NCBI GenBank assembly: GCA_037381445.1
Contig: JARRQT010000149.1
Span: 1-17,077 of the forward strand
Length of the DNA: 17,077 nucleotides
Direction: 5' to 3'
Origin: Calditrichia bacterium
Lineage (GTDB): Bacteria > Calditrichota > Calditrichia > RBG-13-44-9
Shown: positions 1 through 9,100 of the stretch, in pieces
How positions within the stretch are numbered: position 1 is the stretch's first letter
Layout: the number at the start of each line of letters is the position of its first letter
Made by a program: the position numbers and the translations under genes
Notes under the pieces: model-generated
Told to the model about the DNA's origin: nothing
Databases searched by the model: none
What the model saw: the letters and a program-made list of their open reading frames with translations, nothing else

Positions 1-384
1 AATCGCAATTTGCAAATGTGAAGAGACACTTTTGTCAAAGATTGCTACCAGCCATATTCCATTACAGCGTAAAACTAAAGGTAATCAAAGATTCCTGCAT
101 TGAGTTTTATCATACCACTCTAGCTCATTTAATCTGCATTACTGGAAATTTTGCAAACTGCGTCAAATACATATTTAGACATTCTCTTCCCCTCAAAATA
201 TACTTCCATATCATTTCCCTTAGTATTATTGCATCGTTCTGATATTTTATCCTGATATACAATCCGTGCCTGCAAAATAATTATAATTCCTGAAACAAAG
301 TGGTCAATATTCTGTTAAAGTTCCTTTGTCTTTTTGCGATAATGAAAGCAAAAGGATTTTTAACTTTTTCCAAGGAGGATATTC

Positions 385-636
385 ATGCAGAATATTCATA
401 TTAATGCTACTAATAATTCAGTCAGACATGAATGCACAGCGCATCAGGAAGGAGATTGGATTATATACCGTTGCCCAGAATGTTTATCTTATGAGCGCAG
501 AATAAACTGGCAAACAGGGGAAATGAGAGTCAAGGGTAATAATCGTTTCTTACACACGGGAAACAATTTTGAGGATCAAAATAAACTGCATTTTCCGCAG
601 TCCCGAGAGATCAAGGGTAATCCATCTTTAAACTGA
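385..636 (+). CDS. Small hypothetical protein (83 aa), putative Zn-ribbon-like (HxC...CxxC...H)
   Basis: AAGGAGG Shine-Dalgarno shortly upstream of the ATG; the protein contains HECTAH, YRCPEC and LHTG; it converges on the minus-strand gene ending near 661-716. Confidence 0.75.
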   Translation: MQNIHINATNNSVRHECTAHQEGDWIIYRCPECLSYERRINWQTGEMRVKGNNRFLHTGNNFEDQNKLHFPQSREIKGNPSLN

Positions 637-660
637 TGGTAATAAGAAACAGTTAGTACA

Positions 661-1540
661 TTAAGCAACATTTATTAATCCGCTCTGGAAATGGCTTTTA
701 AACAAAAGTGCATTTTCATCGGGTAATGTAAAATCCACCGACGCGTATAATCGGTAAATCCCATTTCCAAGCCCTTTGCAGGGTATATTTATTGTCGATT
801 TTTTTATCTATAATGAATTGCGTTTGAAAGGCTTGATCGCCTGTGATACTTTGCCGGGGCATTAAAGCACCGGCCTGATATAACTCCAAGCCATAAATCG
901 CTGGATTGAGCTCAGTTTTCTTTTGTTTCGCTTTCAAATCCTTTGAAATTTCTTCGGGTCTTTTAATATAATCCAAATGCTTTTTGATAAAAGAGATTAT
1001 TGTCCCTTGGTCAATGCCGTTAAAAGACTCCATATCATTTTTGACTAGCGGATAAGCTATCTTTCCGTTTAGTTGCCCCTCTCTCTCATATAGATGAATC
1101 TCAAATTTCGCTTTCGATGTTTTAGGATCTTTTCTTTCAGCTCTTTCATCAACTTTTATGCTATTTAACTTTTCTTCAAGATTTGATGTCTTTCTGGTTA
1201 ATTCTTTTATTGTTTTTTCTAATTCGGTCTTTTCTACTACCAGATTCTGATTTTCATCTGTCAGATTTCTGTTATCGGAGACCAGTCGTGTGTTGCGTTC
1301 GGCAAGTTTCTCCAGTTCACCTTTGGTTTGCTTTAAATCATTCTCCGTCGTAAGCAATTTGTCCTGTAATTCCTGATAATTTGAAGTTTCATAATTATTA
1401 TTCTCGATATTGTTTCGGGACTCGCCGGATTTCTCGCTTGTTGGCTCTAAAAGATTTTGAGATTTGGTCGATTCCTCTTCCGATTTCGATTTTTTCTTAT
1501 TGCGATTTGGATCCTGTTTATTTGAATTTGATGAATTCAT
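661..1540 (-). pseudogene. Coiled-coil protein with a small alpha/beta middle domain and a C-terminal beta-sandwich-like domain; frameshifted or internally deleted near 800
   Basis: ORF 716..1582, with a better start at ATG 1540 (GGGGGGTG RBS-like element upstream). It has a low-complexity N-terminus and L/EN heptads (LAERNTRLVSDNRNLTDENQNL). After the A7 run at 799-805 a shifted frame reads KKSTINIPCKGLGNGIYRLYASVDFTLPDENALLFKSHFQSGLINVA* (stop 661-663), resembling the C-terminus of the upstream 142-aa protein. Confidence 0.65.
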
Positions 1541-1591
1541 AACTGCACCCCCCGGATCGATTATAAAAATATTGATTTCCACCTAATTTTG

Positions 1592-1635
1592 CCCAGACCC
1601 CAAATTAATATCATTAATTTAATCCGGGGTCCGGG
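1592..1635 (-). other. Intergenic GC-clamped stem-loop (processing, stability or attenuation element?)
   Basis: The minus strand reads CCCGGACCCC-GGATT-AAATTAAT-GAT-ATTAATTT-GGGGTCTGGG: a 10-bp outer stem with one G-U pair plus an 8-bp inner stem. There is no U-tract, so it is not a classic terminator. Confidence 0.5.
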
Positions 1636-1661
1636 AATTATCAGCAGCCTTAAACAGAGGG

Positions 1662-2090
1662 CTACAGCTGCTGAATGATAGGTCCCTCATAAAAGGCACT
1701 GCACCTGGCCAGAAGAGAAATTTTAGGTCTTACAACAGCCACTAATTTATATGTGGCAGGAGTGTTCAGCGTGCAAACCAAGGGATTGGTTGTCAGAGAA
1801 TGCGGCAGCGGATGAATCCCACCATCCGATTTTATGCTTACCGTGCCAAATGTACCATCTGGTCCGGGGCCCATTGATTCGTAGAAAAATTCCACTTCAG
1901 CAATATCTATTCCGGGGGGCAGAGACAAGAGAAGATCCCACCAATGAACCTGAAAGTCAATAGTCGCCTTCAATTGGAAAGAATGTCCGGATTCAATGAT
2001 CAGGTTCGATTGCTGTCCCATGTTATCTTCCACGATAAGATTGGTGCAATCCCAGGCCCAAGTATTAGGGACTACTGGTTGTCCTGGCAT
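1662..2090 (-). CDS. Hypothetical protein (~142 aa), predicted all-beta Ig-like sandwich, no signal peptide
   Basis: AGGAGG at 2098-2103 is 7 nt from ATG 2090 but only 1 nt from ATG 2096. Alternating beta-strand patterns: FQLKATIDF, AEVEFFYESMGPGPD, TYKLVAVVR, AFYEGPIIQ. Confidence 0.8.
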   Translation of the reverse strand: MPGQPVVPNTWAWDCTNLIVEDNMGQQSNLIIESGHSFQLKATIDFQVHWWDLLLSLPPGIDIAEVEFFYESMGPGPDGTFGTVSIKSDGGIHPLPHSLTTNPLVCTLNTPATYKLVAVVRPKISLLARCSAFYEGPIIQQL

Positions 2091-2184
2091 AATCATTCCT
2101 CCTATATTATTTTTGCCTGTTTATAATAGAATAGGTTTACATTTTTTCATTCATATAAACAGACACATTTTAATTAATTTAAAT

Positions 2185-2198
2185 ACTTCGGCCGAAGT
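2185..2198. promoter_or_regulatory. Perfect 14-bp palindrome ACTTCGGCCGAAGT, candidate operator
   Basis: GC-rich perfect dyad in an otherwise very AT-rich intergenic region, about 95 bp upstream of the 142-aa gene. Confidence 0.35.
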
Positions 2199-2254
2199 CT
2201 TTGTAAACCCGTCTAAAATTTATGATTTTGAATTAAACTGAAATTAAATTGTGC

Positions 2255-3682
2255 TTAAATATTACTTAAATCCTTAAATTGGCTAAGCTTTAAACTATCT
2301 TCCCGAATCAGGTTAAATAGGTTTATTGTCGACTTCATCGGCTCAACTTTCAGTTCTGTTTTCATAATCCGGACGCATTTATCAAACTGTCTCAAAGCCT
2401 GGTCCCTTTTCCCGATTCTGTAATAGCACCTCATTAACCTTTGATGGATGTCTTCTCTGCACTGATCCTTTTTGAGAATTTCCTGACAGATTTTTATGGC
2501 GACTTCCGGTTTTCCGTTCAGGCTGTAACACCCACTAATTTTGTCCAAAACGAAAAGGTATATTTCTTTTAGATTTTCCCTGTCCGATTCCCATAATTCT
2601 TCAAATGGCTCATCTTCCAGGAAATCCCCCATATAGATATGCTTGGCATTTTCATAGTACATTAATGCTGCATTTATCCCTTTTTCGCTTTCAACTGCCT
2701 GGGCTTTTTGCCACATTTTCCTGAAATCTTCATAATCTGTACGAAGTTCAATCTCAGGATTTAGAAAATAGCAATCCTCATAGTACAGTATTACATCAAT
2801 AGTAAATCCACCTGAATTAAGGTTATTTCTGATTCCATGCAAGGTAACATTAAGACAATTTCTGGCCGAATCCTCACCGGAATTCGGCCAAAATCTGTTC
2901 ATCAAAACATCGCGATGTATTCTGCGCTTATGGTTTAGAATTATATAAGAGAATAGACTCCTTGCTTTTTTGCTGGTCCAGCTATTTATTAATATGTCAT
3001 TTAAATAAACACGAAATTCGCCCAAAAAATATACTTTAAGCTCAGGCCTGGCACAGATGAGCCTATCACCCATTCCTTTTTTATTTGCATCTATTTTTTT
3101 AAAGCTATTTGCAGGAGAGATATCTGACGCCGCATAAATATTTTGAAATAATACTTTAATTTTTTGAAGGAATATTTGGAATTGTTTCCCGCAATTCCTA
3201 ATGATAGGGAAGTTTTCCCATTTAATTCTTCTTCTTTGACGCTGCACCTTCCTATCTGGGACTTTTTGAATACTGCTCACCACTTTATCAATTTCTGATT
3301 TGAAATTGTTTTGTCTTATTAATTCTAATATTGTGTCCAGTATATCTTTCACTTCCTCACGCTTTAACGGCTGTTGCAGAATATCCCGGGCACCGGCTCG
3401 AAATATCTGAATTGTTTTTTCCACGGTGAGAGCGGCTGCGATGAAAACAATCGGAATCGACGGGTAACTTTTTTTGAGAATTTTCAGCAGTTTTAAACCT
3501 TCAATATCTTCAGGGAAGTCCGATAAAAATATCAGATCGATCTTCTTCTCTTTGATTATGTCTGTGGCCTTTCTTCCGGTTTTTGCCCGGATCACTAAAT
3601 AACTTCCGTCAAGAAGGGCTTTAAAATGAAAATAATTGCTTTCTTCATCATCGACGAACAAAATATTGGACTTTTGCGACAA
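2255..3682 (-). CDS. SARP-family transcriptional regulator: atypical receiver domain + winged HTH + BTAD
   Basis: N-terminal REC fold (ILFVDDEE...GARDILQQPL). C-terminal part is SARP/BTAD-like: LKVYFLGEFRV, KARSLFSYI, FWPNS...ARNCLNVTLHGIR, YMGDFLEDEPFEELW, REDIHQRLMRCYYRIGKRDQALRQF, ELKVEP. TTG start with a GGGGGA RBS. Confidence 0.92.
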   Translation of the reverse strand: MSQKSNILFVDDEESNYFHFKALLDGSYLVIRAKTGRKATDIIKEKKIDLIFLSDFPEDIEGLKLLKILKKSYPSIPIVFIAAALTVEKTIQIFRAGARDILQQPLKREEVKDILDTILELIRQNNFKSEIDKVVSSIQKVPDRKVQRQRRRIKWENFPIIRNCGKQFQIFLQKIKVLFQNIYAASDISPANSFKKIDANKKGMGDRLICARPELKVYFLGEFRVYLNDILINSWTSKKARSLFSYIILNHKRRIHRDVLMNRFWPNSGEDSARNCLNVTLHGIRNNLNSGGFTIDVILYYEDCYFLNPEIELRTDYEDFRKMWQKAQAVESEKGINAALMYYENAKHIYMGDFLEDEPFEELWESDRENLKEIYLFVLDKISGCYSLNGKPEVAIKICQEILKKDQCREDIHQRLMRCYYRIGKRDQALRQFDKCVRIMKTELKVEPMKSTINLFNLIREDSLKLSQFKDLSNI

Positions 3683-3935
3683 TTACATCCCCCAAATAAA
3701 AATTTTAGTCGATGGGATTTCTTAAATGAATTAAATTCAGAATTTTTAATTATGCAAAATCAATTCTTACCAGAATAAATAATCTACATACAGCTATCTT
3801 GAGGCGGAATCGATTTGGCACTGCCGCCGTAGCACAAGCGGGCCAATATCCGCGGAAAACTAACATTATCTATGAAATACACGAAGTATTATGGGCGCAA
3901 TAGCAAACAACAGAGTAATCTGCATCCTATTCAAT

Positions 3936-3950
3936 CCAATTTATATGCCA
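3936..3950 (-). promoter_or_regulatory. Candidate sigma54 (-24/-12) promoter for the SARP gene
   Basis: The minus strand reads TGGCAT-ATAAA-TTGG against the consensus TGGCAC-N5-TTGC: correct spacing, but GG instead of GC at -12. It lies directly downstream of a sigma54 activator gene. Confidence 0.5.
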
Positions 3951-4049
3951 ATATTTGCAGACAGATTATCGAATCAAACTAATTGCCTGTTTTTATTTGA
4001 ATAAAACTGGGATTGACTATTAAATCGAAACAGAAAAAAAGGAAGGAAT

Positions 4050-4078
4050 ATTTTGGTGAATATACCAAAATTATGGTA
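4050..4078. promoter_or_regulatory. Overlapping palindromes: candidate enhancer (UAS) or weak terminator of the activator gene
   Basis: ATTTTGGT-N6-ACCAAAAT (4050-4071) overlaps TACCA-N6-TGGTA (4063-4078), about 125-155 bp upstream of the predicted sigma54 start site. Confidence 0.4.
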
Positions 4079-4092
4079 AAAAAGAAAAATCC

Positions 4093-5676
4093 CTACTTAT
4101 TTTTAAACTCCCCCGGATTGATCTCATATTTGGTCATTTTCTCATAGAAATTTTTTATGTTCATTCCGGCAAGCTCGGCAGCACGGCTTATGTTTCCCGA
4201 TTTTGCTTCAAGGCAGTCTTTGATATATTCACTCTCAAATTTCTCAACAATTTGCTTTTTGGCTGAAGTAAAAGGTTTCCTTACTGGGAGGGGGAAATTT
4301 CCCGATCCATCTGCTGCGGAAACAAGCGGCAATTGGATCACCTGAATTGTTTTGCCTTCACACAACAAAACCGCTCTTTCAATGATGTTTTCTAATTCCC
4401 GGATATTGCCGGGAAAATTATAATTAAAAAGCACCGCTTCCGCTTCCCGGGAAAATTTAAGTCCCTTCCTGGAATATTTATCCTCAAACCGACGCAAAAA
4501 ATGCCGGATTAATTCGGGGATGTCCATCTTTCGGTAGCGCAGTGGAAGCAGGTAAATATCGATGACATTCAATCTGTAGAAGAGCTCTTCGCGAAATCTG
4601 TTTTCCTTTATCAAATCGGTCAATTTTCGGGTGGTTGCGGCAATAATCCTTACATCAGCATGCTGAATTTGAGTGCTTCCCACCGGAGAATATTCTCCCG
4701 ATTGCAATACACGCAGCAATTTAACCTGGAGTGACAGCGGCATTTCGTGTACCTCATCCAGAAAAATTGTTCCCCCGTCTGCCCGCTCAAACCAGCCCGC
4801 CTTGTCTTTATTTGCGCCGGTAAAGGCACCTTTGGTATACCCGAACAGCTCCGATTCCAAAAGCGTCTCAGGTATGGCCGCGCAGTTTATCGGGACAAAA
4901 GGACTCCGAAATCTCATGCTGTTTTCATGAATAACTCTCGCAAAAAGATCTTTGCCTGTTCCGCTTTCACCTTCAATAAGAATATTGGCATCGGTAGCAG
5001 CTGTTTTTGATACGATTTTCAGCGCTCGTATTATGCCGGGATGATGTCCGACCACCGCATCGAATTTGAAATTCCGCCGCAAGTCCTCTTCCGTGGTTTC
5101 ATCATTCTCGTCAATCTTTTTCTGCTCCAGCACACGTCTGGCAATTGGAGAGATAAAATCTGTTAATATCTGGTAGAGGTATATTTCACCGTCTCCAAAT
5201 AAATTTTCTTCTGTCATACTATCCAGATATAATACTCCCAAAAATATCCCTTTGTAGTTAATGGGAATACATAGCAGGGATTGTATGGAGGAGATTTCTT
5301 TTGCGAATGAATTATGACTAGCGGATGTTTCTTTTGAATCCTGAGAACGGAACAAATTGTGATTTCTGCAGACTTGCGAGATCGCATTATTTCCGGCAGA
5401 AAATTCCGGATCTTTCAGATCTTTTTCCGTTAAATTGAAAAGGCAATCATATTTAATAATTCCCCGATCACCGAATAACCGAATACAGCCACGTTGAGCA
5501 CCGGATATTTCCACCACTGTATTCAATGCGGTGTTAAATATCTTTTCGGTGTCCCACTCGGTTATGACAAGTTTGCCGACATCCATCAATCGTCGGAGAA
5601 CGGATGGATTCGACATCTCGTACTTTTGCCCGGAACAATCCTCCCAAGAATTTGATTGTGCGGTATGTTTGCTCAT
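4093..5676 (-). CDS. Sigma54-dependent transcriptional activator (GAF + AAA+ + Fis-type HTH; FhlA/NifA-like architecture)
   Basis: GAF (SLLCIPI...GVLYLDS), Walker A GESGTGKD, intact GAFTGA (4813-4830), Walker B TIFLDEV, FREELFYRLNV, FPGNIRELEN, HTH GNISRAAELAGM. Confidence 0.96.
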   Translation of the reverse strand: MSKHTAQSNSWEDCSGQKYEMSNPSVLRRLMDVGKLVITEWDTEKIFNTALNTVVEISGAQRGCIRLFGDRGIIKYDCLFNLTEKDLKDPEFSAGNNAISQVCRNHNLFRSQDSKETSASHNSFAKEISSIQSLLCIPINYKGIFLGVLYLDSMTEENLFGDGEIYLYQILTDFISPIARRVLEQKKIDENDETTEEDLRRNFKFDAVVGHHPGIIRALKIVSKTAATDANILIEGESGTGKDLFARVIHENSMRFRSPFVPINCAAIPETLLESELFGYTKGAFTGANKDKAGWFERADGGTIFLDEVHEMPLSLQVKLLRVLQSGEYSPVGSTQIQHADVRIIAATTRKLTDLIKENRFREELFYRLNVIDIYLLPLRYRKMDIPELIRHFLRRFEDKYSRKGLKFSREAEAVLFNYNFPGNIRELENIIERAVLLCEGKTIQVIQLPLVSAADGSGNFPLPVRKPFTSAKKQIVEKFESEYIKDCLEAKSGNISRAAELAGMNIKNFYEKMTKYEINPGEFKNK

Positions 5677-6194
5677 GGCCAGGGAAATGACTTAAATAAA
5701 TATTTCTGTGAATCCTTTCCCTGATTATTTTCCCGGAATATCTCTCAAAGAACAATTTTGCAGTATGAGGGAGTAAAAAATGATTTTAATATTTCGCGGA
5801 ATCACTATGGTAATCCGGAACAGCACAAAAAGAAAACTTCTTTCTTAATAAAACCAATTTTTAATTGATCCAGTTTATTATGCATAAATATATGAAATCA
5901 AATCATTATTGGCAAATCATTATACGTGATTTGAGATATTTTATAATATAAACTCAAAATTTCATATGAAATAGCAGAAGCTCATTATGGTCCCTTTGAG
6001 GATGCAACTTGTTAAATACATCTTTATGGCAATTTGCAACTGATTTTCAATCCTCTGTATTTTTAAATACCAACTTTTTTTGAACATCCAATTTTCTTTT
6101 TTGCTTTTTCATTTGATCTAAATTCTTTTTCCTTGTGCAACGACAGGCCTGCCCAATTGATATCCAAAAGCAAATTCCGTCATGCCTGTTAAAT

Positions 6195-9100
6195 TTACCG
6201 GGGCTGCAATGTCTTAACTTTGGCAATCTGGCCCCCCGGCATCCGCTGCACCACCTTCTGCAGGCTGGATAATTTCGTGATGGTGAGGGTAAAGACGCCG
6301 AAGGCTTTTTCCACCTTGCCGCGGACGATGAACAGTTTTTCCCAGTTCAGCAGGTCCGAATATTCTCTGAAAGCCGCGGGAAACATCACGCATTCGTAGA
6401 TATCGGTTTCGTCCTCGAAAGTCACAAATTCCATGGGGTCCTCCTGCCGGGTGGAGGTCATTTTGCGGGTGATCAATACCCCTGCCAGATCAATGGTCCG
6501 CCCTTCCAGATACGGAATATCTCTGGCTTTCTTGACATGCCCCCTCAGGACCGACGCATATTTCTGCAGGGGATGCCGGGACACCGGAAAGCCGAATGAC
6601 TCTGTCTCCAGCTTCAGCCTTTCATCAGTGCTTAAATTATCCTGAAAAATCTGCGGCCGAGGCGATCTTGTTTTATCCTCCGAAAGGTAGGCATAGGCCA
6701 CCCGCAGGGCGATTTCACGGTAGCTCATCCCCGGTTCCAGCTCATTAAAACAGCCCGCCTTGGTGAGGGCCATGGCATCGGCAAATTCGATTTCCATGCG
6801 GAAGAAGAAATCATCCAGCGAACGGAAAGGTCCTGTTTTGCGGGCCTCCAGAATCGCATCAATCACTTTGTCCTGCAGCTCTCTGATTGCCATAAATCCC
6901 ATTCGGATTTTGCTGCCGCGGCCTTTATACCCGCGGTCGCTCAGGTTGATATGCGGGGGCAGGATGCTGATGCCGAAGCGGCGGGCCTCGCTCAGATAGG
7001 CATAGGCGGAATAGAATCCGCCCTGGTTGGTGATCACCGACGCCAGGAATTCCGCCGGGAAATGCGCCTTCAGGTAGGCGCAGGTGAAGGAAAGCATGGC
7101 GTATGAAGCAGAATGCGGTTTGCAGAAGGAATAGCCGGAAAAGGATTCTATCATCCCCCACAATTTCAACGCCAGTTCCGGGGAATATCCCTTCTTCACG
7201 GCGCCGGAAATAAATTTATTTTTCCACACCGACACCTTGGGACGCAGCGAAGATTTGGAAATCACCTTGCGCAGGTAATCGGATTCCGCGTAACCAAATC
7301 CGGCGATATCCCGCGCCACCCGGGACACCTGTTCCTCGTAGACCATGATGCCGTAGCTTTCCGCCAGGCACACCAGATCGGGATGCAGCAACTGCCACGG
7401 CTTCCCGTGGATCCTTTCCAGCATCAGGTCGATATAGCGGTTGGCGGCGGGGCGGATGATGGAGGAATAGATCACCACGTGTTCAAAATCCACCTTCCCG
7501 GCCTTTTTCAGCAGCAGGCGGGTGGCCGGACTCTCGATGTAAAACACGCCCATGGTCCTTCCCGACCGGAGCAGTTGTGCCGTCCGGCTATCACCCACCG
7601 GCTGGATGGCGTGGTAGTCCATATAGGCGCTGCGGTTGACGCCGATCTGGCGCAGGGTGTCCCGCACCACGGAAAGGGAGCGGTTTCCCAGCAGATCGAT
7701 CTTAAGCAGACCGGAATCCTCCACCTGGTCCTTCTCCCATTCCACAATCTGCACCCCTTTGGGAGCGGTCAGAACCGGCACATATTTCCGGATATCATCC
7801 GGCACGATGATCACGCCGCCGGGATGCACCGATGAATAACGGAAGGCGCCCACTATTTTGCTGCTCTGCCGGACAATTTCCACCAGAGTATCATTCAGAT
7901 CCAGGTTTTTGAAGCGGCTGTCGGTCCGGATCCATTCCAGCAGGTCCGCCGGCCCCCGGAAGTAACCAATCCGTTTGGTGAGGGCGTTTATCTCCTCGTT
8001 GGAGAGGCCGTAGACCTTGGCAATCTCCCGGATCCCCGAACGGGGCTGCATCAGCACCTGGTTGGAAACCATGGCGGTGCGCTGTTTGCCGTATTTTTTA
8101 AACACATAATCCAGAATATCATCCCGCTCGTCCCAGGGAAAATCGATATCGATGTCCGGCATGTCCTCCCTCTCGGGATGGATAAACCGTTCGAACTGCA
8201 GGTTGTAGCGGATAGGGTCCACCTGGGTGATGAACAGGCAGTAGCTCACTACCGATGCCGCCCCGGACCCCCTTCCGATGGTTGCCCTGGTTTGCTTCAC
8301 AATATCGGCTACGATCAAAAAATAAGGAGCAAATCCTTTACGGGTGATAATATTCAGTTCATATTCAATCCGTTTCCGGATCTCCGGCGTCAGGTCCGGG
8401 TAACGGATTTTGGCTCCCTCATAGACATCCTTCTTCAGCTTGCGGTTGGCGCGGTGCGTGTCCCGCAGGGACATTTCCGGGAAGATGGTGTTGATATACT
8501 TCCAGTCCGTTTTGCAGCGCTCCGCCAAGTATTGGGAATTATTGATGGCATCCAGGCTGTTGGGAAAGAGCCTGATCATCTCTTTCTCGCTGCGGAAATA
8601 ATGCCGTTCGTCTTTGAAATCATCTGCTTTCAGGCGGGAGAGCGTGGAATTGAGATCGATGGCCCGCAGGATTTTGTGGGTCTGAACCTCTTCCGGCCGC
8701 AGGAAATAGACATCGGAAGTGGCCACCATCTCCAGGCCAAATTTCCGGGCCAGCCGGTGGCCATGGGACTCCTCCACTCCGGGACGCAGCTCCACAAACA
8801 AATGGGAAGAAGGCACGATTGTTGACAGAGCCGCCAGGGTGTTCTCGCGATGAGCAAGAACAAAAATATCCTGACAATGCTCCTCCAGCAGCTGGCGGAT
8901 TCCGGCATCCGGTTGTTCATGGACTTTTGAGAGGATAAGACTGATATTTTCATATCCTTTTTGCGTTTCGGCAAGCAGGACGGCTTCATCGCCGGCGGTC
9001 CGCAGGTTGGTGCCGGCAATGGGCAGAACTCCCTGTTGATTGGCCGCCTGCACAAAACGGATAAATCCCCACAATCCGTTTATTTCGGTGAGGGCCAGAT

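Noticed and set aside
18..242. 74-aa plus-strand ORF
   Set aside because: GTG start, no RBS, AT-rich, no recognisable motif; likely spurious.
1541..1582. Upstream GTG start of the coiled-coil gene given in the ORF track
   Set aside because: ATG 1540 has a G-rich RBS at suitable spacing; the extension looks like translated leader.
3816..3830. Plus-strand TGGCAC as a sigma54 -24 element
   Set aside because: No TTGC-like -12 element at the correct spacing and no plus-strand gene downstream.
3750..3925. Two tiny minus-strand ORFs (19 and 38 codons) in the SARP leader
   Set aside because: No convincing RBS or motif; expected by chance.
5677..6194. AT-rich intergenic region checked for CRISPR repeats, ncRNA and sigma54 sites (TGGCAA occurrences)
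   Set aside because: No regularly spaced repeats, and the TGGCAA hits lack a correctly spaced -12 element.
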